Shown piece after piece: positions 10,014-16,706 of a stretch of 17,522 bases of DNA (positions are counted from its first letter, which is position 1; each line of letters begins with the position of its first letter). A program made the translations under genes and the position numbers. The DNA is from Sulfurimonadaceae bacterium (GTDB lineage: Bacteria; Campylobacterota; Campylobacteria; Campylobacterales; Sulfurimonadaceae), in NCBI GenBank assembly GCA_041571435.1, contig JBFFUI010000041.1, positions 1-17,522 of the forward strand. Direction: 5' to 3'. Under the pieces are notes generated by a model. That model saw nothing but the letters and a program-made list of their open reading frames with translations. It was not told the origin of the DNA and made no database searches.

Positions 10014-10042
10014 ATCAGTCAGTGACTGATATTTTAAAATAT
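10014..10042. promoter_or_regulatory. Two abutting palindromes upstream of gatB (candidate operator)
   Basis: ATCAGTCA-G-TGACTGAT (10014-10030, perfect 8-bp arms) and ATATTTTAAAATAT (10029-10042, perfect 14-bp palindrome). Confidence 0.35.
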
Positions 10043-10043
10043 A

Positions 10044-10601
10044 TTAGTTGTCTATAAAATAGCGGATCGAAGCAAAGCCGTAAGCACCGCTTTTTTCAAC
10101 CGCTTTTACCTGCTCCGGCGTAGTGATCCCGCCCAGTGCGATAATAGGTAAGCTTATTTTATCCACTATATTCTGTAAATCCTCTAAACCCTTGGGTTTG
10201 CCCTTGTCTGGCGTACTGAAGATGGGGCTGTACGTGACAGCATCGGCCCCTCTTCTCTGCGCTTCGAGGATCTCCGCTTCACTGTGACAGGAGATGACCA
10301 CAAAAAGGCCCAGTCCTTTTGCTTTTTCTATGTCATCAAACTGCAATGATGTCAAGTGCACACCATCGGCCTTCAGTTTTGCGGCCAGTTGAACATCGCC
10401 ATGAAGCATCGTTTTTGTATTTGCTGATTGCGAGCAGATGGCTATGAACTGTTCTGCCGTTTTTGCATAAGACGGGTTGTTTTTGTCCCGATACAAAGTA
10501 AAGTCGGGACAATGTCTCAAGAGTGTCGCGCTCAGCGTGTCGCGGAATTCAGAATTGAGAGAACCGTAATACTTGGGATCTGTAATCAGATAGGACTTCA
10601 T
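10044..10601 (-). CDS. thiE: Thiamine phosphate synthase (TMP-TENI) family protein
   Basis: YLITD, LYRDK, ADGVHL, SCHS, GADAVTYSPIFSTPDK and PIIALGGI. Could be a ThiE paralogue or TenI-like protein. Confidence 0.85.
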   Translation of the reverse strand: MKSYLITDPKYYGSLNSEFRDTLSATLLRHCPDFTLYRDKNNPSYAKTAEQFIAICSQSANTKTMLHGDVQLAAKLKADGVHLTSLQFDDIEKAKGLGLFVVISCHSEAEILEAQRRGADAVTYSPIFSTPDKGKPKGLEDLQNIVDKISLPIIALGGITTPEQVKAVEKSGAYGFASIRYFIDN

Positions 10602-10604
10602 AAA

Positions 10605-10880
10605 CTAAGCAGCAACCTCTACCAACCCCGTGTCAACCAGTTCCTGCACAAAACGGCAGATATCAGCTTCTAGTTGTTCCGCATCGACTTCATAGGCCTC
10701 GAGCATAGAGTCATATGTTTCACGCAATGAACCGGATGCATTGAGATGCTGCCAGATCACAGCTGCCATCTCGTCAAGACCGAAGTACTCTTCTTTCACA
10801 GTATCCAATATGACGACCTCTTCATCGATCTTCTGGGCAAATACGGAATCGGAGATAATTACTTTGTCATCTAACGTCAT
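10605..10880 (-). CDS. Stand-alone PqqD family protein / RiPP recognition element (lasso B1-like)
   Basis: 91 aa with the pattern VILD....YFGLDE.AA.IW..L.....L......L..YEVD..QLE.DI..F..EL...GLV typical of PqqD/RRE proteins; AGGAG RBS. Confidence 0.92.
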   Translation of the reverse strand: MTLDDKVIISDSVFAQKIDEEVVILDTVKEEYFGLDEMAAVIWQHLNASGSLRETYDSMLEAYEVDAEQLEADICRFVQELVDTGLVEVAA

Positions 10881-10962
10881 TTACATCTTTCTCCTGTTTC
10901 CTGAGCAGATCGGAAAAGATCGATCTTTGCTGTTACAAGGGCCTATCCACTCTATGTTTAGC

Positions 10963-11736
10963 TTAAAACGACGGCGGTAGCAATTTACTGTTACTGTTTT
11001 GAGGGCGTTGCATGAGTTCTGAGGCTTTGGTACCGACGAATGCAGCTGTTTTAGCTGCACTCGGTGCCGCTAACGGGAGGTAGTCCTCATCCGTCACCAC
11101 ACCCAATACCCAGCGGAAAGTCCGCGTATGCAGACCATCCATCTTCAGACCTGCTGTCGGAAGCTGGTCTGCTGTGTAAGTCGTATGGTTGTCAATATCA
11201 ACCAGGACCAGGGCCTCTTTCAAGGCTGGGTTAGCCTCTTGTACCTTATAATCAATCCCGCCATATTCTGTTTCGAGATAAGTCACGCCGAAAGCGCCGT
11301 CAAGAGTGATCGTGAGTGGCGCATTTGAAAGGTCGATCGAATGCTGATTTTTAACCTGAAATATCCAGCTTTTTTTCGTCGTGTCACTTCCGTCCCAACT
11401 ACGATAATCACTAAAGTAATCACCATTAGCCCCTGCCCACGCTGTTTTCGGGAAGACCACCTGAAGTATCGCCGTTCCGTAGCCTGGGATGTCGCTTGGG
11501 TCTTTATCGTCCTGGCTTTGCAACAACTCTCCGAATACCCCGGCCGAGGTATGTTTGTACACGGTCCCATCAGCAGCCGTAGCATAAACACCACTCTTCA
11601 TATACCAGCCGGCCGGCTGGTATGGCATTGCAAGTTCGCTTGTACTGCTTCCATCACTGTTGCTACAGCCTGACATACCGGTCAATACTGCCAGAACCAA
11701 AGAGAAAAATAAAGTATGTTTTAACGTTTGCATCAT
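10963..11736 (-). CDS. Hypothetical lipoprotein
   Basis: Signal peptide ending in lipobox-like MSG/C24, followed by a Ser-rich tether (SNSDGSSTS), a beta-rich body and an Ala/Pro-rich tail. The AGGAG RBS overlaps the upstream TAG stop. Confidence 0.8.
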   Translation of the reverse strand: MMQTLKHTLFFSLVLAVLTGMSGCSNSDGSSTSELAMPYQPAGWYMKSGVYATAADGTVYKHTSAGVFGELLQSQDDKDPSDIPGYGTAILQVVFPKTAWAGANGDYFSDYRSWDGSDTTKKSWIFQVKNQHSIDLSNAPLTITLDGAFGVTYLETEYGGIDYKVQEANPALKEALVLVDIDNHTTYTADQLPTAGLKMDGLHTRTFRWVLGVVTDEDYLPLAAPSAAKTAAFVGTKASELMQRPQNSNSKLLPPSF

Positions 11737-11742
11737 CTTCTC

Positions 11743-13530
11743 CTACTTTTCATATGGCAAAGCAAGTTCAACGCCTGTATTTGGTTCCAGGACTTTTACC
11801 CAGAACCCCTCGCCTGCTTTGATAGTATCCCCTAAGCCCGGGGCCGCAGCACTAACTGCTCTATAGGGTTGACCTGTCTGTGTTGCGTCATAGACATAAC
11901 CCGTTGCATTCTGCAAGACCGTTGCTGCTGCAGGGCTGTTCATAGGTGTTACTCCGCTTGGTGACCCCACATAAATGACAATATTGCCCCATTGAAATGA
12001 ACGGGGCAGATTATTGGAGACAAGGACCGTCGCATTACCGTCGGGTAGCGCAACAATCGACTGTGTCCCTACACCCACTGGTTTCGACAAATTAGCATCT
12101 GTTGCCGTGCGTGTCGGACTGATAGAACTATCAACCCGTGTCGTAACATTGCGGTCGGAAATGATCCAATACCCTTTTCCCTGCGTCACTGGGCTGCTTG
12201 CATTTAGTTCGACGTATGATGCACTCGTCGTTCCATACGTACTGTTTTGTTCGTAGACGACCCAGTTTGTTCCGTATGTTCCCAAATCGTCACCTGTCGC
12301 AGTAGAGCCATTGGTGTTGAATGCCTGCGATACCGTCGTACCAGCTGGGATAGCACAAGGGATCCCGACCATCGCCCATTCGTATGCCGTAAGGTCATAT
12401 CCTGATCCGCAAGGCAGCTCATAGATATATGCGGGTTGCGTTACACTGTGCTTCACCGCCAGCGTATCTTTGTATAAGGATATATCCTCAGCTGTCTGAG
12501 TTACATCTACAGTTGAAGGTATGATTGCTGTCGGATTTACATCGCTATCAAGTTTAGAAACAAGTTCAACCTTGTTCCCAAGATAGCCGATGGCATTGAC
12601 ACCGTCGCTGATAGAGACATCTGCTCCATTCGTCCCGTTGAACGTTTTAGAGTAGGACCAGGTACCGTTCAAAGTGTATACATCCGTATTGGTTCCGGAA
12701 AGGATGATGGTAGCACTATCCATAGCCACTTGCTGTCCGGCTTGACCACCGGCAGTCATACCCGGTGCAATGCCATCCAATGTCGCCGTCGTACCGTCAA
12801 AGTCATACAGATAACCCGCGCCCAGGTTACTGGAATAGCCGGGTGCACCAACCAGTATTTTGCTACCTGCACCTGTTACAGCTGCACCGAACCGATCATT
12901 TGTACTTGTTCCGTCTATCGTAGCCAAAGTTGGATAGACTTTGCTCCTTGCGGTCACATTCCAGTCATAAATATAGACCTTGCCTTCGTTATTAGTACCG
13001 GTAACATCGTAATAAGGCGCTCCAACGACCAGATAGTCGCCCCGGATGGACAAGGTTTCGCCAAATCCCGATAAAGCCTGATTATCTTTTGTGGCCGCCG
13101 GGGTCGCCGCAACCACTTGCTCGTTTTTAACTACCCACGCTACCCCATCGTATTCATATGTTGTATAGGCACCAACATCTTTGTCGCTACCGTCATCAAA
13201 ATTCAAAAGACCGACAGCCAGTTTTGTTCCGGACAGTGATACGGAAACACCAAACCCTTTGTTTCCGCTGCAGTTTCCTTTTGCACTACCCAACGTCTGT
13301 GCAAACCCCCATGACATTGTCGAATAGTCATATTTATACATTGTTACATAACACGAGGAAGTGTTTGCTGGATCAAAAGCCCCCACTGCGACCCACTCCC
13401 CGCTGATAGCGACTGATGAACCACCATCCGTAGGGCTCAGATCATGGAGTAAGGTCGATTCAGTATATGTAATACCGCCATACAAAGCCGTCGATAGCAG
13501 CAATGTCATCAGGCTATTTCTGAAAATCAT
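11743..13530 (-). CDS. Secreted FG-GAP repeat (7-bladed beta-propeller) protein with C-terminal beta-rich domain
   Basis: Sec-type signal (MIFRNSLMTLLLSTALYG). Repeats GSSVAISGEWVAVGA, FGVSVSLSGTKLAVG, FGETLSIRGDYLVVGAP and FGAAVTGAGSKILVGAP, plus three degenerate ones. AGAGGA RBS. Confidence 0.88.
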   Translation of the reverse strand: MIFRNSLMTLLLSTALYGGITYTESTLLHDLSPTDGGSSVAISGEWVAVGAFDPANTSSCYVTMYKYDYSTMSWGFAQTLGSAKGNCSGNKGFGVSVSLSGTKLAVGLLNFDDGSDKDVGAYTTYEYDGVAWVVKNEQVVAATPAATKDNQALSGFGETLSIRGDYLVVGAPYYDVTGTNNEGKVYIYDWNVTARSKVYPTLATIDGTSTNDRFGAAVTGAGSKILVGAPGYSSNLGAGYLYDFDGTTATLDGIAPGMTAGGQAGQQVAMDSATIILSGTNTDVYTLNGTWSYSKTFNGTNGADVSISDGVNAIGYLGNKVELVSKLDSDVNPTAIIPSTVDVTQTAEDISLYKDTLAVKHSVTQPAYIYELPCGSGYDLTAYEWAMVGIPCAIPAGTTVSQAFNTNGSTATGDDLGTYGTNWVVYEQNSTYGTTSASYVELNASSPVTQGKGYWIISDRNVTTRVDSSISPTRTATDANLSKPVGVGTQSIVALPDGNATVLVSNNLPRSFQWGNIVIYVGSPSGVTPMNSPAAATVLQNATGYVYDATQTGQPYRAVSAAAPGLGDTIKAGEGFWVKVLEPNTGVELALPYEK

Positions 13531-13579
13531 GATTTTCGTCCTCTTATCTTTTTACTACTCGGGTACACTTCGCGCTGTC

Positions 13580-13777
13580 TCAAAACTGAGGTGCACTTGG
13601 AGGCGTCTCAAAACTATGGGCATCGCTAGCCTTTGTCAAGGCCCCCAGTGCGATCAATGTCGGGGCGACGTAGGCTGCTTTTTTTATAAATGCACGTCTT
13701 GCATCCTTCTGTTGTTTCTCTACTTCTTCAGCTTTTTTAATTGTATTATTGTTTTTATTCTCAAAAATTTTATGCAT
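13580..13777 (-). CDS. Putative RiPP-like precursor peptide (65 aa) with twin-arginine motif and RRE-binding-type leader motif
   Basis: RRAFIK (res 27-32), YVAPTLIALG (res 36-45) and a short Ser/Thr/Pro-rich C-terminus. Has its own promoter and AGGT RBS, and lies in a cassette with PqqD and an HPrK-like kinase. Confidence 0.8.
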   Translation of the reverse strand: MHKIFENKNNNTIKKAEEVEKQQKDARRAFIKKAAYVAPTLIALGALTKASDAHSFETPPSAPQF

Positions 13778-13809
13778 ATTTACCTACTACTTTAAGCTTA
13801 TGTATGCTT

Positions 13810-13818
13810 ATTATATCA
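13810..13818 (-). promoter_or_regulatory. Extended -10 promoter (TGaTATAAT) for the precursor peptide gene
   Basis: The minus strand reads TGATATAAT, a perfect TGnTATAAT, about 33 nt upstream of ATG 13777 in an AT-rich intergenic region. Confidence 0.7.
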
Positions 13819-13858
13819 CTTTAGCTATAAGTATTTTATAATATTAATTTTTATTCAG

Positions 13859-14755
13859 CTAAAGACAGGCTTTTCGCCTGGCACTTGTGTGGGCCACAAT
13901 TGCACAGTGAACCTCTTGCAACCGCATTTTATCCCATGGTACCGTCACCCTGAAAACGGGGATTTTTGTGGCCATTTCACTCACTGTTTTAAAACGGTAC
14001 GCCTTAAAAAAATCGAAATTGATAAAACTGCTGAAATGAAATGCTGTAAACTTTTCAATACCGCTGACCTCTTCAATAGCGACTGCAGCATCAGATTCTG
14101 CTCTCTCTAACAGATAGACTGCTTTAAGTGGCTTTGGACCTTTAGTAACATTTGTTATTTTATGGCCCAGGCATTCTGCTTCACGAAACGGCCTGTGATA
14201 AGGATAGGAAGGGACAGCCATATACTGTTGGTCATCTCTGTAAACGCCAAGCGTATCATCCGACAACATCGTGTGCCCCTGCTGGATAAAAAAATCCGTC
14301 AAGGTTGATTTTCCGCCAAACGACTCCGCCGAAAAGATGATCGGCTCTCCATTGACTTCAACAGCCCCAACATGCAAAATATCATAACGTTTTTCCAATG
14401 TCAGCACCATAGGTAATATAGTGTGCAAGAACCAAAACTGCAGTAGTTCAGCTGAAAATGACTTTTGTGGAAAATACTCTATGGTGTGATCACCACATTG
14501 CCATATCACATACATCACGTCTTGAATATCGACTCCCCAGCTGCAACCCTGCTGGCAATCAGCATACGCTTTTTCTGCACAATACATCACTTGTCGTCCG
14601 GAGAGAGGCTTGTATTCAGATCGTACTCTTAACTTTTTAAACGCAGAAGGATCAACACTTTTGGCTACCGTGAAATTTTCTTTACTAGAATCGTATATCT
14701 TATCATTCAATGATGGCTCATCTTGGAAATTAATGTTGAAGTCAAACGCGATCAT
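13859..14755 (-). CDS. HPr kinase-related (RiPP/lasso-cluster type) Ser/Thr kinase
   Basis: LH(128)VGAV, Walker A AESFGGK(149)ST, LSDD(166-167), PLKAVYLLER and IPVFRVTVP, as in HPrK-like kinases of paeninodin-type clusters. Lacks a recognisable canonical HPrK N-terminal domain. Confidence 0.85.
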   Translation of the reverse strand: MIAFDFNINFQDEPSLNDKIYDSSKENFTVAKSVDPSAFKKLRVRSEYKPLSGRQVMYCAEKAYADCQQGCSWGVDIQDVMYVIWQCGDHTIEYFPQKSFSAELLQFWFLHTILPMVLTLEKRYDILHVGAVEVNGEPIIFSAESFGGKSTLTDFFIQQGHTMLSDDTLGVYRDDQQYMAVPSYPYHRPFREAECLGHKITNVTKGPKPLKAVYLLERAESDAAVAIEEVSGIEKFTAFHFSSFINFDFFKAYRFKTVSEMATKIPVFRVTVPWDKMRLQEVHCAIVAHTSARRKACL

Positions 14756-14761
14756 TGACGG

Positions 14762-15025
14762 TTACTTTTGGAGGGCGTCGCGGATCTCTTGAAGAAGCTG
14801 TGTCTGTTTTTTCGACTCATCCAACCGTTCTCTGTAACTGAGCATAGTCTCAAGCAAAAGAACAAGAAAAAGACCGAAGATGATAAAGATAATGGAGAAA
14901 AAGAGTGCCGTACTGACACCCATAAAGAGAAATATCTTAAAGATAATAATAGCACCCAGGACAATAAATGTCCATGAGATGCCAAGAAGGAAGCTGGTGA
15001 TCTTGTCGAAAACGCTTCGCTTCAT
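14762..15025 (-). CDS. Small integral membrane protein downstream of atpB (87 aa)
   Basis: The likely start is ATG 15025 (MKRSVFDKITSFLLG...), 8 nt after the atpB stop. Two TM helices and a coiled-coil C-terminus. The longer 131-aa call overlaps atpB. Confidence 0.8.
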   Translation of the reverse strand: MKRSVFDKITSFLLGISWTFIVLGAIIIFKIFLFMGVSTALFFSIIFIIFGLFLVLLLETMLSYRERLDESKKQTQLLQEIRDALQK

Positions 15026-15033
15026 AAAAAAGT

Positions 15034-15711
15034 TTAGTGATCGTCCGCGATCTGAACTGCACCGCCAAGGTAGACGTATGTCAGCATCATAAAGATAAAC
15101 GCTTGAAGAAGTGCCATGAATGAAAGAAGTGCGAATGGGATCATCGGCAGCAACCATGGTGCAAGCATCAGGATTACCATCAGGAACATATCGTCACCCT
15201 TAACGTTACCGAAAAGACGGAATGAAAGAGAGATAATACGAGAGATGTGCGAAACGATCTCGATCGGGAACATCAACCATGCCAACCACCAGACCGGCCC
15301 GAGGAAGTGTGCAAAGTACTTGATTACACCGTGACGACGGATACCTTCGAAGTTATAGTAGACAAAAACAACAAGCGCAAGTGCAAGTGTAAAGTCAAGG
15401 AAAGCTGACGGTGCTTCGAAACCCGGAACAATACCGATAAGGTTCGCGATAGCCACAAAAAGACCGATTGTCGCAACAAGCGGAAGGTAGCGGCGAGCTT
15501 CCTCTTTACCCATTACGTCTGTCCCCATAGCAAGTACACCGCCAAGGTATGCTTCTAAAAGGTTCTGTGTTCCTGTCGGAACAACCTTCATGTTGCTTGT
15601 TGCCAATTTAGCGATAACAAGTACGATAGCGGCTGTAAGCAGCATGTGCGTCATATAGATAAAAGCGTGATCATGGCTGATCAGACCAAAGAATGTAAAC
15701 AATTCACCCAT
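15034..15711 (-). CDS. atpB: F0F1 ATP synthase subunit a
   Basis: [40 protein letters not shown] (conserved Arg) and [14 protein letters not shown]. Confidence 0.97.
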   Translation of the reverse strand: MGELFTFFGLISHDHAFIYMTHMLLTAAIVLVIAKLATSNMKVVPTGTQNLLEAYLGGVLAMGTDVMGKEEARRYLPLVATIGLFVAIANLIGIVPGFEAPSAFLDFTLALALVVFVYYNFEGIRRHGVIKYFAHFLGPVWWLAWLMFPIEIVSHISRIISLSFRLFGNVKGDDMFLMVILMLAPWLLPMIPFALLSFMALLQAFIFMMLTYVYLGGAVQIADDH

Positions 15712-15743
15712 TCAGTGTCCCTTTAGTACGATTTAGTTCGGCG

Positions 15744-15749
15744 ATTTTA
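15744..15749 (-). promoter_or_regulatory. Putative -10 box (TAAAAT) upstream of atpB
   Basis: Minus strand TAGTAAAAT about 33 nt upstream of the atpB ATG, with an AT-rich region further upstream. Confidence 0.4.
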
Positions 15750-15832
15750 CTACTTCGTTGATTAAACGTGGCTAAGAATTATCTTTTTTATCAGCAATTT
15801 CTATAAATTTGAGCGTTGTTTTTCAATTCTGC

Positions 15833-15860
15833 ACATTTCTGCAGTCAAACGCGGAAATGT
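15833..15860. terminator. Stem-loop downstream of ribF (possible terminator)
   Basis: ACATTTCTGC-N8-GCGGAAATGT, with 9 of 10 positions Watson-Crick paired, 24 nt after the ribF stop. No U-tract on the minus strand, so function is uncertain. Confidence 0.35.
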
Positions 15861-15884
15861 TTTAAAGCCTATCAAATGTAGTGA

Positions 15885-16706
15885 TTACAAGCTTAATCGG
15901 CGTGTTTGACGCTTGGCTGTAGCGACATCCTCTGCTATCGCTTCTTTAAGCATCTCAAGTGTATCAAACTTCTTGTTTGGCCTGATAAAATCGACAAATG
16001 AAAGTTGTAGTTTGTCAACATTTTCGACTTCACCGTCCAAAATATGCGTCTCGACCGCGTACGATCCGTCTGTTGTGACACGATGGCCAACAAAGCTGAC
16101 CGCCGGATGATAATGCTCTTCATTATTCAGACGGGCCAGGGTGACATAGACCCCTTCCCGTGGAAGAAGAAAACCTTTGACATCGATGTTAATTGTCGCA
16201 TAGAGCTCTTTTTTTCCAAGTCCCTGACCCGTCACCTTCTCTCCGGCAACGGTATAGTTGTGTCCTAAAAAGCGGTTTGCCCCTTTGATATCGCCGATCT
16301 GAAGTTTGGCTCGGATCTTATGCGAGTGCACCGAGTCACCATCGATCTGGACTTCATCAATCACCTCGACCTTGCCATCAAAGAGGGCACGCAGGTCATT
16401 AACATCATAACAGCGATTTTTGCCAAAATGAAAGTCGTAGCCGACCACGATCTTTTGCAGATCAGGGAACTCCGTCTTCAGTCTGGCGATAAAACCACTT
16501 GCATCAAGATGGCGGATATCGTCAAGTTCATAATAGAAGATCGGCAGGTCGCTGTAATGTTCTCTGGCCCTGGCCGGTGTCAAGTTGGCATAACCGGTCT
16601 CGATAACCAGGATAGCACCATTTTTGCCTAAAGCTTCAAAAAGCTGCTGGTGGCCCAGATGCATCCCGTCAAATCCGCCTATAGCGATCGCTTTAACATT
16701 TTTCAA
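15885..16706 (-). CDS. ribF: Bifunctional riboflavin kinase / FAD synthetase
   Basis: GGFDGMHLGH, VVGYDFHFG, S..IR, G.GLG....ATIN, GVY, ETHILD and FIRPNKKF; TTG start overlapping the tlyA end. Confidence 0.95.
   Translation of the reverse strand: MKNVKAIAIGGFDGMHLGHQQLFEALGKNGAILVIETGYANLTPARAREHYSDLPIFYYELDDIRHLDASGFIARLKTEFPDLQKIVVGYDFHFGKNRCYDVNDLRALFDGKVEVIDEVQIDGDSVHSHKIRAKLQIGDIKGANRFLGHNYTVAGEKVTGQGLGKKELYATINIDVKGFLLPREGVYVTLARLNNEEHYHPAVSFVGHRVTTDGSYAVETHILDGEVENVDKLQLSFVDFIRPNKKFDTLEMLKEAIAEDVATAKRQTRRLSL

Noticed and set aside
10605-10880. PQQ biosynthesis gene pqqD
   Set aside because: No pqqA, B, C or E nearby, and the peptide lacks the ExxxY core. The context indicates a generic RRE.
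11041-11059. Inverted repeat TGCAGCT-N5-AGCTGCA
   Set aside because: It lies within coding sequence and is explained by the Ala-Ala codon pairs flanking Lys-Thr.
13580-13672. Canonical lasso peptide precursor (T48 at -2, core ASDAHSFE8TPPSAPQF)
   Set aside because: That register puts the YxxPxL motif 3 residues closer to the core than is usual. The canonical register gives Ser at -2 and Glu at core position 5, which is too short for a ring. No cyclase or B2 peptidase is in the cassette. Not excluded if these act in trans.
13859-14755. Canonical HPr kinase/phosphorylase hprK
   Set aside because: Lacks a recognisable HPrK N-terminal domain and downstream signature, and there are no PTS genes in context.
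15026-15157. N-terminal extension of the 131-aa ORF (14762-15157)
   Set aside because: It overlaps the atpB 3' end in another frame. ATG 15025 gives a sensible non-overlapping membrane protein.
15034-15711. atpB separated from the other ATP synthase genes as a novelty
   Set aside because: A split atp gene arrangement is normal in Campylobacterota.
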